Positions 26,197-36,075 of a stretch of DNA of 64,000 bases are shown piece after piece (position 1 is the stretch's first letter; every line of letters begins with the position of its first letter). A program made the position numbers and the translations under genes. Source of the DNA: an uncultured bacterium (lineage in GTDB: Bacteria; Edwardsbacteria; CAYGWX01); contig CAYGWX010000005.1 in NCBI GenBank assembly GCA_964353855.1, forward strand, positions 7,120 to 71,119, in the 5' to 3' direction. The notes under the pieces were generated by a model that had not been told where the DNA came from, ran no database searches, and saw nothing but the letters and a program-made list of their open reading frames with translations.

Positions 26197-29100
26197 CTAT
26201 TTAACCACCGCTATCTTCTTGATCCTGACCTCGCTCTTTCCGCCCGCTTTGGCCTCCACCCGGAAGAAGTAGACCCCGCTGGCGAAAGGCCCGGCGTCCC
26301 AGACGACCTCGTTCTCGGTCCCCGGAAAGCCCGTCCCGTCCATCTTGCTCACCAACTCCCCGGCCAGGGTATAGATTTCCACCTTCACCTGAGCCGCCTG
26401 TCCCAGCGAGTAGCGGATTTTAGTGCTCGACCGTACGGGATTTGGGTAGGCATAGACGCTGGAATTGGGCAGGAGCTCTCCCGAGGCCGCGGGGGCAGGT
26501 GGATAGAGGGCCGCGGGGTACAAACCCGTATGCTGGATGTTCTGGTGAATCATCGGCCAAGGAAACTCGGGAGGACCCTCAGTAGAGTAAGGCAAATGAT
26601 AAACATAGAGATAGCCGTCATCGCAACCGATAGCTAATCCAACGTGGGAATAGAGGCTTATGGGAGCTGGGTAAAAGGTAAAGATCGTTGGGGAAGATAG
26701 GACCGGCCCGCCCACCGTGAGAGGGAATCCATCCAGAGACTTCCCTTTGCCGTTGAACGCATATATCTTGGCGTCCGGCGAGCCCACCACGATGTCCAGT
26801 TTCCCGTCTCCATCCACGTCCCCGAGCGCCGGAGAGGATTGCACCGAGGTGGAATCGGAAATCTTGATCGGGAAGTTCGTGCAGATAGAGCCGTTGTAGT
26901 TGAAGGCGTACAGGTGACGCCCGGCGCTCACCACGGCCTCCAGATAGCCATCTTGGTCTATGTCCCCGAGGGCCGGTGTGGCGAAGGGGTCGTTCCCAAG
27001 GCTCGCAGGCCAGCCTGCAACCATTGAGCCATCGGGCTTGAAGGCGTAAAGCTTCTTCTCAAGGGTATTGACCGCGGACGCAACCACGATTTCCTGTTGT
27101 CCGTCTCGGTCAATGTCTCCGATGACCGGAGAAGTGTAGCCGTACCCCAGGCGTTCAACGATTTTAGGCCAGCCCGGTTTAGCCTTTCCATCAGCGCCCA
27201 ACACAAAAAGCCGACCATCTCCCGAGAGGAAAACGATCTCTTTCTGACCATCGCCGAAGAGGTCGGCCGCTGCCGGGGAGCTGAACACCTCAACCCCTAT
27301 GTCCACCGGGAATCCCGGCATCTCACGGAAGGTATCTCCGACGCTCGGACTCCACCAAGCATGGAGCTTTCGGTCATGCGATCCGAACACGATGTCCAGG
27401 TGGTTGTCTCCGTTCAGGTCCACCAGGAGCGGAGAAGACTCCACGAAGTCCCCGACGCGTTTGGGAAATCCTCGTACCGGCTCGGCCAGGGTATCTCTTC
27501 GGACAGGGTCCCATCGGGGCTTTGGCTTCAGGGCATATAAATAGCCGTCATTAGACCCGAACACGATTTCCAACGTATCATCCCCATTGATATCTCCAAT
27601 GGCTGGAGTAGAATACACGAAGCTGTCTGTCTCGGCGATGATCGCAGCCGGGGCCAAGACTTTGATGCTGTCCTTGCCCTGCTTTTCGTACCAGTAGAAG
27701 GAGTCCGGGTTGGAGATGAGTTTGCTTCCGTCCAGATGCCAGGCGTAGCACCGGCCGTCCGTGGAGGTCAGCACGATCTCCTTTTGTTCGTCCCCTTTAA
27801 GGTCCGCGACCATCGGCGAGTTCCAGTCCACAGCGTTTCCTGTGATTTGTGGAAACCCCGGCTGGGCCCAGTCCAGGGAGATATGCATGGGCATGACCGT
27901 GTCCGAGGCGCCGATGTCCGTGACCGTGATGTGGCTGAACGTTCCGTTGTTGGCTTTGGAGCTTGGGGTGGTTCCGTCCGCGAACCGAGGGTTGTTCGTC
28001 GCGCTGAAGGCGTCCGCGGAGTCCCCGTTCCAGAAGGGCGAGTCTGTCCAGTGCTGCAGGTCCATGATCCCGTCAGCCTCCATCAGGGCCACGGCCTTGG
28101 GCAGGCCGACCATGAGTTCGTTGTTCTTCCAGCGACTCCGGATGAGATCCTCGTCCACATGATAGATGAGCAGCCCCGAGCCCGGCAGGAAGGAGTCGAA
28201 CTGGTCAACGCTCACTTCCACTCCGTTGCGGATCGTCGCGCCCACGGTGTTGTTCTTGAGGAGGTCGGTCTGCTTGTTCTCCAGGAGGAAATATTCGTGC
28301 GAGTTGATCAGAACCTGAAGGATTGTCTGCGGCAGGTTCTCCACGGCCCGCAGAGAGTAGAGATCGTTCCTCTGGACGACCTGGGGCTTGACGAAGCCCA
28401 GGAACTTCTTGGGCCAGGCCCCCAGCTGGCAGGGGAAGAAACCCGGGGGATCGCCGTTGTAGCCCCCGCCGGACATCACCTCCCAGTTTCCCAGGCCCGC
28501 GGACTCGTAGTAGACGTCGTAGAGGTCCGGCAGTCCGAGCTGGTGACCGAACTCGTGGACGATGGTTCCCTGCAGGCCGGTGACCGCCTCCTCGTAGCGG
28601 TTCGTCTCCCCGATCACTGAACCTCCCGGCACCGTGTCCGTCCCGTGGTGCACCACGAAGGGGTCGGAGAGGAGGTCGAAAGTCAGGTTCGCCGCCGGGA
28701 TGTCCCAGGGGGCATAGCCAGCCTGGATGGCGAAGCCCGCGGAGATTTGGAGGTTCACCCCGGCATGGAATACAAAGAGGCCGTCGTAGTTCTGGAACCG
28801 GGGGACATCGGCCTCTGCGCCATGGATCGCGTCCACGAAAAGCTGGCCCAGACCCCAGCCCAGCTTGTTGGTTCCCTGCGTGTACCAGCTTCCGTAGTCG
28901 CTGTAATAGCCCATCTGATGCGGCACGGTATACGCCGCCCAGCTGTCCAGGCTGTCCGCGTCTTTGGGATAGATGTCCCACAGGATCTCCACCTTTCCGC
29001 CCTCATACCCCGTGGAGTCCGACTTCAGGCGTCCCCCGGCGTTGGCCAGGTAGAAGTTCCTCAGAAACTCCATCTGGCGGTGAAAATACCGGGTGTTGTG

Positions 29101-29481
29101 GACCGGGTCGTGGAGGATGTTCTTTTTGCCCGAAGCGTCCAGGGACTCCTGAAAGGCCGTGCGCTGGAACCGTCCGTCCCCGTAAGAGTTAATCTCCGCA
29201 TCCGGTTGGAACTCCACCTTGAGGACCAGAACCCGGAGGGTATCCCCCAGCGCATCGGCAGAGGGGCCCATCAGGTGCCGTCGCCGCGACCGCTTCTGCT
29301 CCAGGAGGTTCACGCCCCGCACCTGGTCCTTGGGGAACTTGGCCCAGGTGCTCATCGGGACCTTTGGAATGCGCGGGGGAGCGGAAGGGCCTAAGCTGAC
29401 CTTTACCCTGTCCCCTGCTGATACGTTGCCGGCCCAAAAAAAGCCCAGCAGTATAAAAATCTTATAGGTTTTCCCTGTCAC
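26197..29481 (-). CDS. M6 (immune inhibitor A-like) zinc metalloprotease with FG-GAP/VCBS repeats and T9SS C-terminal domain
   Basis: TIVHEFGHQLGLPDLYD (HExxH plus a downstream acidic residue). At least 5 repeats of D(I/L/V)(N/D)(G/R/Q)DG..(E/D)IV.GS.D. A sorting-domain-like C-terminus ending ...GVYFFRVEAK...IAVVK. Signal peptide present. Confidence 0.75.
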   Translation of the reverse strand: MTGKTYKIFILLGFFWAGNVSAGDRVKVSLGPSAPPRIPKVPMSTWAKFPKDQVRGVNLLEQKRSRRRHLMGPSADALGDTLRVLVLKVEFQPDAEINSYGDGRFQRTAFQESLDASGKKNILHDPVHNTRYFHRQMEFLRNFYLANAGGRLKSDSTGYEGGKVEILWDIYPKDADSLDSWAAYTVPHQMGYYSDYGSWYTQGTNKLGWGLGQLFVDAIHGAEADVPRFQNYDGLFVFHAGVNLQISAGFAIQAGYAPWDIPAANLTFDLLSDPFVVHHGTDTVPGGSVIGETNRYEEAVTGLQGTIVHEFGHQLGLPDLYDVYYESAGLGNWEVMSGGGYNGDPPGFFPCQLGAWPKKFLGFVKPQVVQRNDLYSLRAVENLPQTILQVLINSHEYFLLENKQTDLLKNNTVGATIRNGVEVSVDQFDSFLPGSGLLIYHVDEDLIRSRWKNNELMVGLPKAVALMEADGIMDLQHWTDSPFWNGDSADAFSATNNPRFADGTTPSSKANNGTFSHITVTDIGASDTVMPMHISLDWAQPGFPQITGNAVDWNSPMVADLKGDEQKEIVLTSTDGRCYAWHLDGSKLISNPDSFYWYEKQGKDSIKVLAPAAIIAETDSFVYSTPAIGDINGDDTLEIVFGSNDGYLYALKPKPRWDPVRRDTLAEPVRGFPKRVGDFVESSPLLVDLNGDNHLDIVFGSHDRKLHAWWSPSVGDTFREMPGFPVDIGVEVFSSPAAADLFGDGQKEIVFLSGDGRLFVLGADGKAKPGWPKIVERLGYGYTSPVIGDIDRDGQQEIVVASAVNTLEKKLYAFKPDGSMVAGWPASLGNDPFATPALGDIDQDGYLEAVVSAGRHLYAFNYNGSICTNFPIKISDSTSVQSSPALGDVDGDGKLDIVVGSPDAKIYAFNGKGKSLDGFPLTVGGPVLSSPTIFTFYPAPISLYSHVGLAIGCDDGYLYVYHLPYSTEGPPEFPWPMIHQNIQHTGLYPAALYPPAPAASGELLPNSSVYAYPNPVRSSTKIRYSLGQAAQVKVEIYTLAGELVSKMDGTGFPGTENEVVWDAGPFASGVYFFRVEAKAGGKSEVRIKKIAVVK

Positions 29482-29651
29482 GCGCTTTCCTCATTATTAG
29501 CTATGAAATTAAAAAGTTCCCTTCTGGCTTTTAAAGTGGCCCTGAGACACGCTATCAAGGCTGCAACAGATCATGGGTTTGTATCGGCTTGCTATCGTGG
29601 CACTTAGGCCATGCCGGTTAAAGCGGTTATGCCTAAAGACATCTTTCTATG

Positions 29652-29683
29652 GCTAAAAACACATCACTAACTGTGTTTTTAGC
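29652..29683. promoter_or_regulatory. Perfect 12-bp-arm inverted repeat GCTAAAAACACA-N8-TGTGTTTTTAGC upstream of the M6 protease gene
   Basis: Read directly. AT-rich stem (not a GC terminator) about 170 bp upstream of the 29481 start, so a candidate operator. Confidence 0.4.
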
Positions 29684-29696
29684 TAACAGGATGTGG

Positions 29697-29737
29697 GGAG
29701 GGCGTGAAGTGGGCGTGAAGTGGGCGTGAGGTGGGCG
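29697..29737. repeat. 3.5 tandem copies of the 12-bp unit GGGCGTGAAGTG
   Basis: Read directly. 215-255 bp upstream of the M6 protease start. Confidence 0.7.
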
Positions 29738-29953
29738 GAAACCCCTCTTGGATTGCGGAGCTTTGTTGGCCCTCCCCCTCGGGAGCTTGTCCCGTCGGAG
29801 GACGGGATAACTGAGCTTTGTCTGCCCTCTTTACGCGCGAAAGTTAAAGCCTCCGGCTTGCCCCGGATTTTTCGGAACCTGCCCACCACCCGCTCTAAAC
29901 CCGGATGAACCTGAAAAGGAACCCGACTCACTGAAGGTTCCTTTTCGTTTGCT

Positions 29954-30949
29954 TTAGAATTTTACGGACAGGGAGAACTTCTGATTGTACTTCTGGAGTT
30001 CGCCCCCGGGCTCCATGCCGTAGTCGAAGCTGAAGCGCTTGACCAGGACCCCGCCCCCGAAGGTCGGGCCCTTGATGTGCCCGGCCTCGTCGGTCACGTA
30101 GCCTGTGCGCAGGGCCAGGAGGTCGGAGTAGACGAACTCCGTGCCCAGGTGGGTCACGACCTCGTAGAGCTGGGTTCGCATCGGGTCATTCAGGTTCAGG
30201 AGCATCTTCGTCGCGTCCGCGGACAGGACCCATTTGCTCACCCGGTTGTCCATCAGGCGGTAAGCCGTGCCCACCCGCAGGTTTCGGGATAGAGGATCGG
30301 CGTTCTCGGCCTCGAGGTAGACCAGCTTCGGGCCGATGTTCTGCACGGTGACGCCCCAGCTCATGCGCTTGAACGGCCCCTTGTAGAGCATCCCGAAGTC
30401 GAAGGCCCAGGTCGTGGCCACCCCAGTCCCGCGGCTCCCGTCAATAGTCCCGGAGTAGAGATGGCTGTAGATGAGCTTGAAGTTTCCTCCCAGCCCCAGT
30501 TTCTTTCCCACCTTGGTGCCGTAGGAGAGGTGGGGGGACATCTCGTAGCTCGAGAACTCTCCCAGGACATTTCCTTCAGGGTCTGTCCGCAGGCTCCGGC
30601 CCTCGGAGAGAAAGATGAGGCTCCCGCCGACCGTCCCCCATCCCTTCACCGGCTGGACATAGGCTGCGAATTCGTAGTACAGGTCTCCGACGTCGCGCCA
30701 GATGTTGTTGAGCCAGGGGGAGTGCATCAGGGCCAACTCCCGGCGGTTAAGGAAGGCCAGACCTCCGGGATTGTAGTAAATCGCCGTGGCATCGTCCGCA
30801 ATGGCCACGAAGGCGCTGCCCATGCCCGCGGCCCGGGCCCCGGGTCGTATCATCAGGAAGATCGCTCCCCCCTCCGAGATCGCCCAAGCCCCGGAGGCCA
30901 GGGCTATAAAGAGGAGGGCCGTCAACCCAACCGTTAACCGTCTTACCAT
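29954..30949 (-). CDS. PorQ/PorV-like (UPF0164/FadL-like) outer-membrane beta-barrel
   Basis: Signal peptide, then IRPGARAAGMGSAFVAIADDATAIYYNPGGL matching the family motif AR..GMG.A..A..DD..A...NPAGL. Ends in F. 331 aa is the PorQ size class. Confidence 0.6.
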   Translation of the reverse strand: MVRRLTVGLTALLFIALASGAWAISEGGAIFLMIRPGARAAGMGSAFVAIADDATAIYYNPGGLAFLNRRELALMHSPWLNNIWRDVGDLYYEFAAYVQPVKGWGTVGGSLIFLSEGRSLRTDPEGNVLGEFSSYEMSPHLSYGTKVGKKLGLGGNFKLIYSHLYSGTIDGSRGTGVATTWAFDFGMLYKGPFKRMSWGVTVQNIGPKLVYLEAENADPLSRNLRVGTAYRLMDNRVSKWVLSADATKMLLNLNDPMRTQLYEVVTHLGTEFVYSDLLALRTGYVTDEAGHIKGPTFGGGVLVKRFSFDYGMEPGGELQKYNQKFSLSVKF

Positions 30950-30979
30950 AAACTTACATTCCTTTCTTAAGTCAAAAGT

Positions 30980-32899
30980 CTATCGAACGAGGAGGACTTT
31001 TTTTACATCGTGACCGAACCCGCTCTTCAAGAGACATAAGTAGGTACCACTAGCCACCGCCTTCCCCGATTCATTCTTTCCATCCCACAGGGGAATCAGG
31101 TTGCCGCGGTCGTAACGCCCTGGAAGCAGGTTGGTTCCCACCTCGAGTTCTCTCACTAAATCCCCGGTGGAGGCGTAGATATAAATCCTGACATCCCCGC
31201 CTTTGGTCAGATAAAAGGGCATGCGGAGCGGACCCTTGGCCGGCTCATAGGGATTGGGGAAGGGCTCGAAGAGAGCCTCTTGCTCCACCCCCGTCTTGGG
31301 AGGATAGGGATACCCCTGAGGAGTGTAATTCACCGCCCTCACCCCGTCCGGAATTCCCCAGCCTATTTTGTTGTCCGGTGCGCTGGCCTGGTTCGCGGTC
31401 ATCATCAGGGCCTCTCGGACTTGTTTCGGTCCCCAGGAGCGGGAGGGGTTGAGCGAATCTGTGTGCGCCTCCAAGAGCAGAGCCGCCAGCCCTGCAACGA
31501 TTGCTGTTGCGGTGGATGTCCCTGTGCCGCCGACTAAATGGTCGTATTTGCCTGTGGTGTCGTTAAAAGAATTACTGGCCATTATGACTAAATACGCTAA
31601 AGCTGAAACTTCTGGCTTCATGCGTCCGTCGGCGGTAGGCCCCACACAGGACTTGGACCACCAGCTTCCGTCCAGGGAACATCCCCCCACCGCCACGATG
31701 TTAAAGGCATCCGAAGGAGCCTTCAACCACGTCTGCCCGTCGTGGACGTTCCCGATGGCGTTCACGACCAAGATCCCGAAGCTGTCCGCGGCAATAGAGG
31801 CCATCTTGCTCGTCACCGCAGTCCGTCCATCCATGCTGTCCCGGGTATATTGCTGCCCCGTGTCCCCAGGGAAAATAGCATAGCCCAAGGAGCTCGAAAC
31901 GATATCCGCGCCGTTGGCTTCGGCCCACCTCATCGCCTCCACCCAGCGATGCTCTTCGATTTTCGTGTCGAATTCCCCCACGGACTTGTTGTGCTCGGTT
32001 TTGGCTAAGAGGAAATCCGCCCCGAACGCCGAGCCGATAAGGCGTCCGTATGAATATCCACCTAAGATGGAAAGCATCGCGGTCCCATGCTGAGTCTGTA
32101 TCCGGGTATACGGAGGGTTTTCACCCCATGTCGTGTCTTGGTTCTCATCGAAAGACGTGTGGTTGTCGTTATATAGGAAGTCCCACTCCTTAATTATCCT
32201 CACCCGCTTCAAGGATTCGTGGCCGGGGTATCGGTTGCCTAGTGAATCAACCCAGTCATGGTCGAACCCCGTGTCGAAAATCGCCAGCCTCACTCCGGCA
32301 CCGGTATAACCCATCTGGTGAAGGCCGGTAACGTTCACCTGTCGGAGCTGGAAGTCTGAAAGGCCGTAATCCAGGCCCGCAGGGCCTGGTATCCCTTGCC
32401 GTTCCGCCTGTTTCACGATAGGTTCGGCCTTGCGGATATAGACCGCTTCAGGGCGCAGTTCCCGAACGAAAGGAAGGCCCTCGATCTCTAACAGCGCCCT
32501 ACCGGAAGCTTCGACACATACTCCGTTCAACCATTCGGTCTGAGCCAGAATCCGGGCACCCCTGCCCTCTAGTTCCCTCATATATCGAGCCTCCAGGGGC
32601 AGGTCCAGAAAGGAGACAACGTTTTCCGTTCTCCGAACCTTGAGCCGCCGCTTCAGGGCATGCGGGTCAAGCCTCTTCTTAAAGGATTCTTTTTCCCCCT
32701 CAAAGGTTGCTTCGTCCGTGAAGCCCTTGTCCGTGAAAAAGACCCAGGCCCTCACCGGGGCATCGGGATCAGCAAGAAGGTGCGCTTTCCAGGCCGGGGA
32801 AGACTTCGGATTGGAAGGCGGGGTCACATAATCAGCCCCTGCCGCCCAGGAGACTACGAAAAGGACCAGGGCTCCCGCGATCAGCCCGATCCTGCTCAT
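30980..32899 (-). CDS. Subtilisin-like S8 serine peptidase with T9SS C-terminal sorting domain
   Basis: D-H-S triad contexts FDTGFD, HGTAMLSILGG and GTSTATAIVAG. C-terminus ...GTYLCLLKSGFGHDVKKVLLVR after a beta-sandwich-like tail. Signal peptide. Confidence 0.8.
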   Translation of the reverse strand: MSRIGLIAGALVLFVVSWAAGADYVTPPSNPKSSPAWKAHLLADPDAPVRAWVFFTDKGFTDEATFEGEKESFKKRLDPHALKRRLKVRRTENVVSFLDLPLEARYMRELEGRGARILAQTEWLNGVCVEASGRALLEIEGLPFVRELRPEAVYIRKAEPIVKQAERQGIPGPAGLDYGLSDFQLRQVNVTGLHQMGYTGAGVRLAIFDTGFDHDWVDSLGNRYPGHESLKRVRIIKEWDFLYNDNHTSFDENQDTTWGENPPYTRIQTQHGTAMLSILGGYSYGRLIGSAFGADFLLAKTEHNKSVGEFDTKIEEHRWVEAMRWAEANGADIVSSSLGYAIFPGDTGQQYTRDSMDGRTAVTSKMASIAADSFGILVVNAIGNVHDGQTWLKAPSDAFNIVAVGGCSLDGSWWSKSCVGPTADGRMKPEVSALAYLVIMASNSFNDTTGKYDHLVGGTGTSTATAIVAGLAALLLEAHTDSLNPSRSWGPKQVREALMMTANQASAPDNKIGWGIPDGVRAVNYTPQGYPYPPKTGVEQEALFEPFPNPYEPAKGPLRMPFYLTKGGDVRIYIYASTGDLVRELEVGTNLLPGRYDRGNLIPLWDGKNESGKAVASGTYLCLLKSGFGHDVKKVLLVR

Positions 32900-32925
32900 C
32901 GGACGCGCCTTCTCCCAAAGATCAT

Positions 32926-33585
32926 CTATTTCTTCCCTTTACCGCCGCCGAAAAGCTTGAACCCGCCCGCCTTGGCCTTATCGTCGCTCGCCGCAGCAGC
33001 CGCCGGGCTGGGGGGAACATAAGCTGGAATCGGTTCGGCCTTGGGCTTCTCCGTAACCTTGAGAAGACCCAGGGCCACGAGCTCATAAACCACCTTGCAG
33101 ACCTCGAACTCGGTCATCGCGCACTCCTCGCATATCTGCCGGATCGTCCGGGTGCCCTCCACCAGGGCCAGGACCTTCCACTCGTGGGGCTCTAACTTGA
33201 TGTTCTCCAGCTCCGGGCTGGGCTCCGGGACGATGGTGACGAGGAGGTCGATGTGCGGGACGAGTTTCTTGATCTCGGCCCACTCGTCCGTTTGCCGGGC
33301 CACCTCCAGGACGAGCTGCTGGATCGAGGACTCCACGCTTTTCAGGTTAGCTTTGAGATCGGGCTCGAACACGAACCGTCCGGAGTGCCACTGCAGGACC
33401 CGGCAGATCGCTTTGTCCCCTACCAGGGTCGAGGAGGTGGCGTGCACTGCGATCCCCTCTTGGAAGTAGATGGTCCCGTCGCCGTCGTCCGTGTTGACTT
33501 TCAGGGCGCCGTTTTTCTTGCCCATATGGACGAGCTGGATCACATCCGTGAGCACAAAATCCTGAAGATTTCCTTCTAAGGCCAT
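32926..33585 (-). CDS. Stand-alone DUF4388 (PATAN-like) domain protein
   Basis: N-terminus LEGNLQDFVLTDVIQLVHMGKKNGALKV...GRFVFE aligns with the C-terminal halves of the two REC-DUF4388 regulators. 26 nt upstream of the S8 peptidase gene. Confidence 0.6.
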   Translation of the reverse strand: MALEGNLQDFVLTDVIQLVHMGKKNGALKVNTDDGDGTIYFQEGIAVHATSSTLVGDKAICRVLQWHSGRFVFEPDLKANLKSVESSIQQLVLEVARQTDEWAEIKKLVPHIDLLVTIVPEPSPELENIKLEPHEWKVLALVEGTRTIRQICEECAMTEFEVCKVVYELVALGLLKVTEKPKAEPIPAYVPPSPAAAAASDDKAKAGGFKLFGGGKGKK

Positions 33586-33625
33586 GGCTGCTCCTAACCT
33601 GGGGTTATGCTACCAGAAAAAAACT

Positions 33626-34588
33626 CTATGGAGTGGCCGCATAGCGGCCCATACTGGCGAATTTATCGCTGCGCTGGGCGATAAGTGACTCCGGCGGGAT
33701 CTCCTCCAGATCCTCGAAGGCGGAAAGGATCTCGCGCTTCAGGGTCTCGGCCATCGCGTCCGGGTTCCGGTGCGCACCGCCCAAGGGCTCCGGGATTAGC
33801 TTGTCCACGATGCCCAACTCCAGACAATCTGCTGAGGACAGCTTGAAGGCCTCGGCGGCCTCGGGAGCCCGTCCGGCGTCACGCCAGAGGATGGAGGCGC
33901 ACCCCTCGGGCGTGATGACCGAGTAATACGCATGTTCCAGCATCAACACCCGGTCCCCGACCGCAATCGCGATCGCCCCGCCCGAGCCTCCCTCCCCGAG
34001 GATCACCACCACGATGGGCACCGGAAGCCGGGCCATGATGAACTGGCTCCTCGCAATGGCCTCGGCAATCCCCCGTTCCTCGGCCTTGTCACCGGGAAAG
34101 GCTCCCTGGGTGTCCACCAGAGAGAGGATGGGAAAGTGGAACTTGGCCGCCAACTGAAACAGCCGGTAAGCTTTGCGGTAACCCTCGGGGTGAGCCTGGC
34201 CGAAGTTCCGCCTAAGTTTCTCCTTCGTATCCCGGCCCTTTTGCTGGCCAACGATCATCATTCGCTTCCCCTGGATTAGGGCCAAACCGCCGACGATCGC
34301 CTGGTCGTCACGGAACAGGCGGTCGCCGTGCAACTCGAACCATTCCTCAGCCATTCGTCCGATGTAGTCGAGGGAGTAAGGCCGCTGCGGATGCCGGGCC
34401 AGAAGGACGCGCTGCCAACGGGTCATATGGCTGAAGATATCCTGTTTGAGATGGACCGCTTTCGCTTCCAGCCGTCGGATTTCGTCCCGGGCATCCAGGT
34501 TCCCGGCTGCGGCCGCGGCCTGGAGCTCCCGGATCTTCTGTTCCACTTCGGCGATCGGCTTTTCGAACTCGAGATAGTGGTCTGACAT
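33626..34588 (-). CDS. accA: Acetyl-CoA carboxylase carboxyltransferase alpha subunit
   Basis: Full-length AccA signature (RLFQLAAKFHFPILSLVDTQGAFPG, GEGGSGGA). Confidence 0.9.
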   Translation of the reverse strand: MSDHYLEFEKPIAEVEQKIRELQAAAAAGNLDARDEIRRLEAKAVHLKQDIFSHMTRWQRVLLARHPQRPYSLDYIGRMAEEWFELHGDRLFRDDQAIVGGLALIQGKRMMIVGQQKGRDTKEKLRRNFGQAHPEGYRKAYRLFQLAAKFHFPILSLVDTQGAFPGDKAEERGIAEAIARSQFIMARLPVPIVVVILGEGGSGGAIAIAVGDRVLMLEHAYYSVITPEGCASILWRDAGRAPEAAEAFKLSSADCLELGIVDKLIPEPLGGAHRNPDAMAETLKREILSAFEDLEEIPPESLIAQRSDKFASMGRYAATP

Positions 34589-34591
34589 CTT

Positions 34592-34960
34592 CTAACGCGT
34601 CGTGAAAGCCGCGATGCCCGCCCCGCACCCCAAGGCGTCCGCCACCAGGTCTCTTTTTGAGAACCCCGTGGGAGACCGCTTGCGATCATAAACCTCTTTT
34701 CCAAGGCCGATGGACAGGGTCACCCCGGACGAGGCCGCCCGGGCTTGCTCTTTTCGCATCCCCATCTTCTTGTAGGCGACGTAGTATCCTGCCCCGGCCA
34801 GCGCTAGGGAAACCGCAAAATGTTTGAGCTTGTCTTTACCGAACCACGGGGCTTTGGGTTTCTTCTTGACCTCTTGGGCAAATCCTCCGCCCGTCAGGAG
34901 GGACACGGCCAATAACAGAACGAGGCCGGGTTTAAACTCGCTTCTAAAGCTTGGAAGAAT
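34592..34960 (-). CDS. Small YfiM/DUF2279-like lipoprotein-type protein
   Basis: Signal-like KPGLVLLLAVSLLTGGGFA, then DKLKHF...GFSKRDLVADALG. The only start candidate between the upstream stop (34974-76) and the signal peptide is ATT at 34958-60, preceded by AGGAAAAG. Confidence 0.4.
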   Translation of the reverse strand: MLPSFRSEFKPGLVLLLAVSLLTGGGFAQEVKKKPKAPWFGKDKLKHFAVSLALAGAGYYVAYKKMGMRKEQARAASSGVTLSIGLGKEVYDRKRSPTGFSKRDLVADALGCGAGIAAFTTR

Positions 34961-34973
34961 GTGACTTTTCCTG

Positions 34974-35867
34974 TTACCAGGAATAGCCCAACCCCGCCCG
35001 GTGGGTCGGCCCGAGCCGGTTCGGGACGAAGGCGTAATCCAGGATAATCTTCCCAACCCGGAATCCCACACCGGTGGACAGGTTTTCCGTGTCCGAACGG
35101 AACTTGTATCCCGCCCTTAATGCCAATTTCTCTCGGTACCAGTACTCCCCGCCGAGTTGGACTTTAAGCGGGATATCCACGGCTTTGACTAAGTCCATCC
35201 CCGCCGATCCTCGTCCTCTCCAAATCCTCCGCTCGGGCTCGTATCCCATGCCCAACTTGAAAGTCGTAGGTAGCTTGTAGCCCTCCCTAACTAGCTTGAA
35301 CTTCGGTCCGAGGTTGGCGACGACCCCTGCGGCCCTGAGACCCCTGAACGGCGTATTGTAGGCCACCCCGAGGTCCCAGGCCCAGCCTGTGCCATGGTCT
35401 ACGTAGATGCGTTCGTAAAGCCGCTTGTAGGTGAAACCCGCCTCCAGATTCTCGCCGAACTTCATCGCCAAGCTGGCACCGAAGGCGAAGTCATAGGCGG
35501 AGAAGGTTTCTAAGGGAAACTCCGTGGCCTCGTCCCTGAGTTCCAAGCCACCCACATAAAGCCCGCCCAGCGAAAGCCCCAAGGCCATACCCCCCGTGCT
35601 CGCCCCCCAGGCTACCTGTTCATAACGCACATCTTGCATCCACTCGTTGTGTCCCAAGGCGATGTTCTGTCCCCGGAACCCCAAAAGCCGGGCCGGGTTC
35701 CAGTAGGTTGCAGAGGCATCCCGGGCAAGGGCTGTCCCGCAGTCCCCCATGGCCGCGCTCCGCGCCCCCGCTCCGATCTTGAGGAAGGAAAGCGCCGTCG
35801 TTCCCGGGGCGGAACTCCAAGCCAGAACCGGGATTAACAGCAGAACGAATGGCCAGGTTTTATTCAT
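34974..35867 (-). CDS. Second PorQ/PorV-like outer-membrane beta-barrel paralog
   Basis: IGAGARSAAMGDCGTALARDASATYWNPARL motif after a signal peptide. Ends in W. Confidence 0.6.
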   Translation of the reverse strand: MNKTWPFVLLLIPVLAWSSAPGTTALSFLKIGAGARSAAMGDCGTALARDASATYWNPARLLGFRGQNIALGHNEWMQDVRYEQVAWGASTGGMALGLSLGGLYVGGLELRDEATEFPLETFSAYDFAFGASLAMKFGENLEAGFTYKRLYERIYVDHGTGWAWDLGVAYNTPFRGLRAAGVVANLGPKFKLVREGYKLPTTFKLGMGYEPERRIWRGRGSAGMDLVKAVDIPLKVQLGGEYWYREKLALRAGYKFRSDTENLSTGVGFRVGKIILDYAFVPNRLGPTHRAGLGYSW

Positions 35868-36022
35868 CGCAACCTTTCAAGCGCAAGATAGTTATTATAA
35901 ACGAAAGGAACTCTAAAGTCAATAGCCTAAGGATATGTTCCTGCGGGATTTGACGCAATCGCTTGACTTCTATGGCGTTACAGCGAAACATCCTTGCGGC
36001 CTTCTTCGCCTTCATTCCCCTG

Positions 36023-36051
36023 TGATCCCACCCCGTAGGGGTGGGATCACG
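36023..36051. terminator. Perfect 13-bp-arm GC-rich hairpin GTGATCCCACCCC-gta-GGGGTGGGATCAC
   Basis: Read directly. 136 bp downstream of the PAP2 gene stop at 36187 (the end of the rnf-tatC operon), about 180 bp upstream of the PorQ-like gene. No clear U-tract. Confidence 0.45.
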
Positions 36052-36075
36052 GATCAGCAACCCGCCTCGGAGCTG

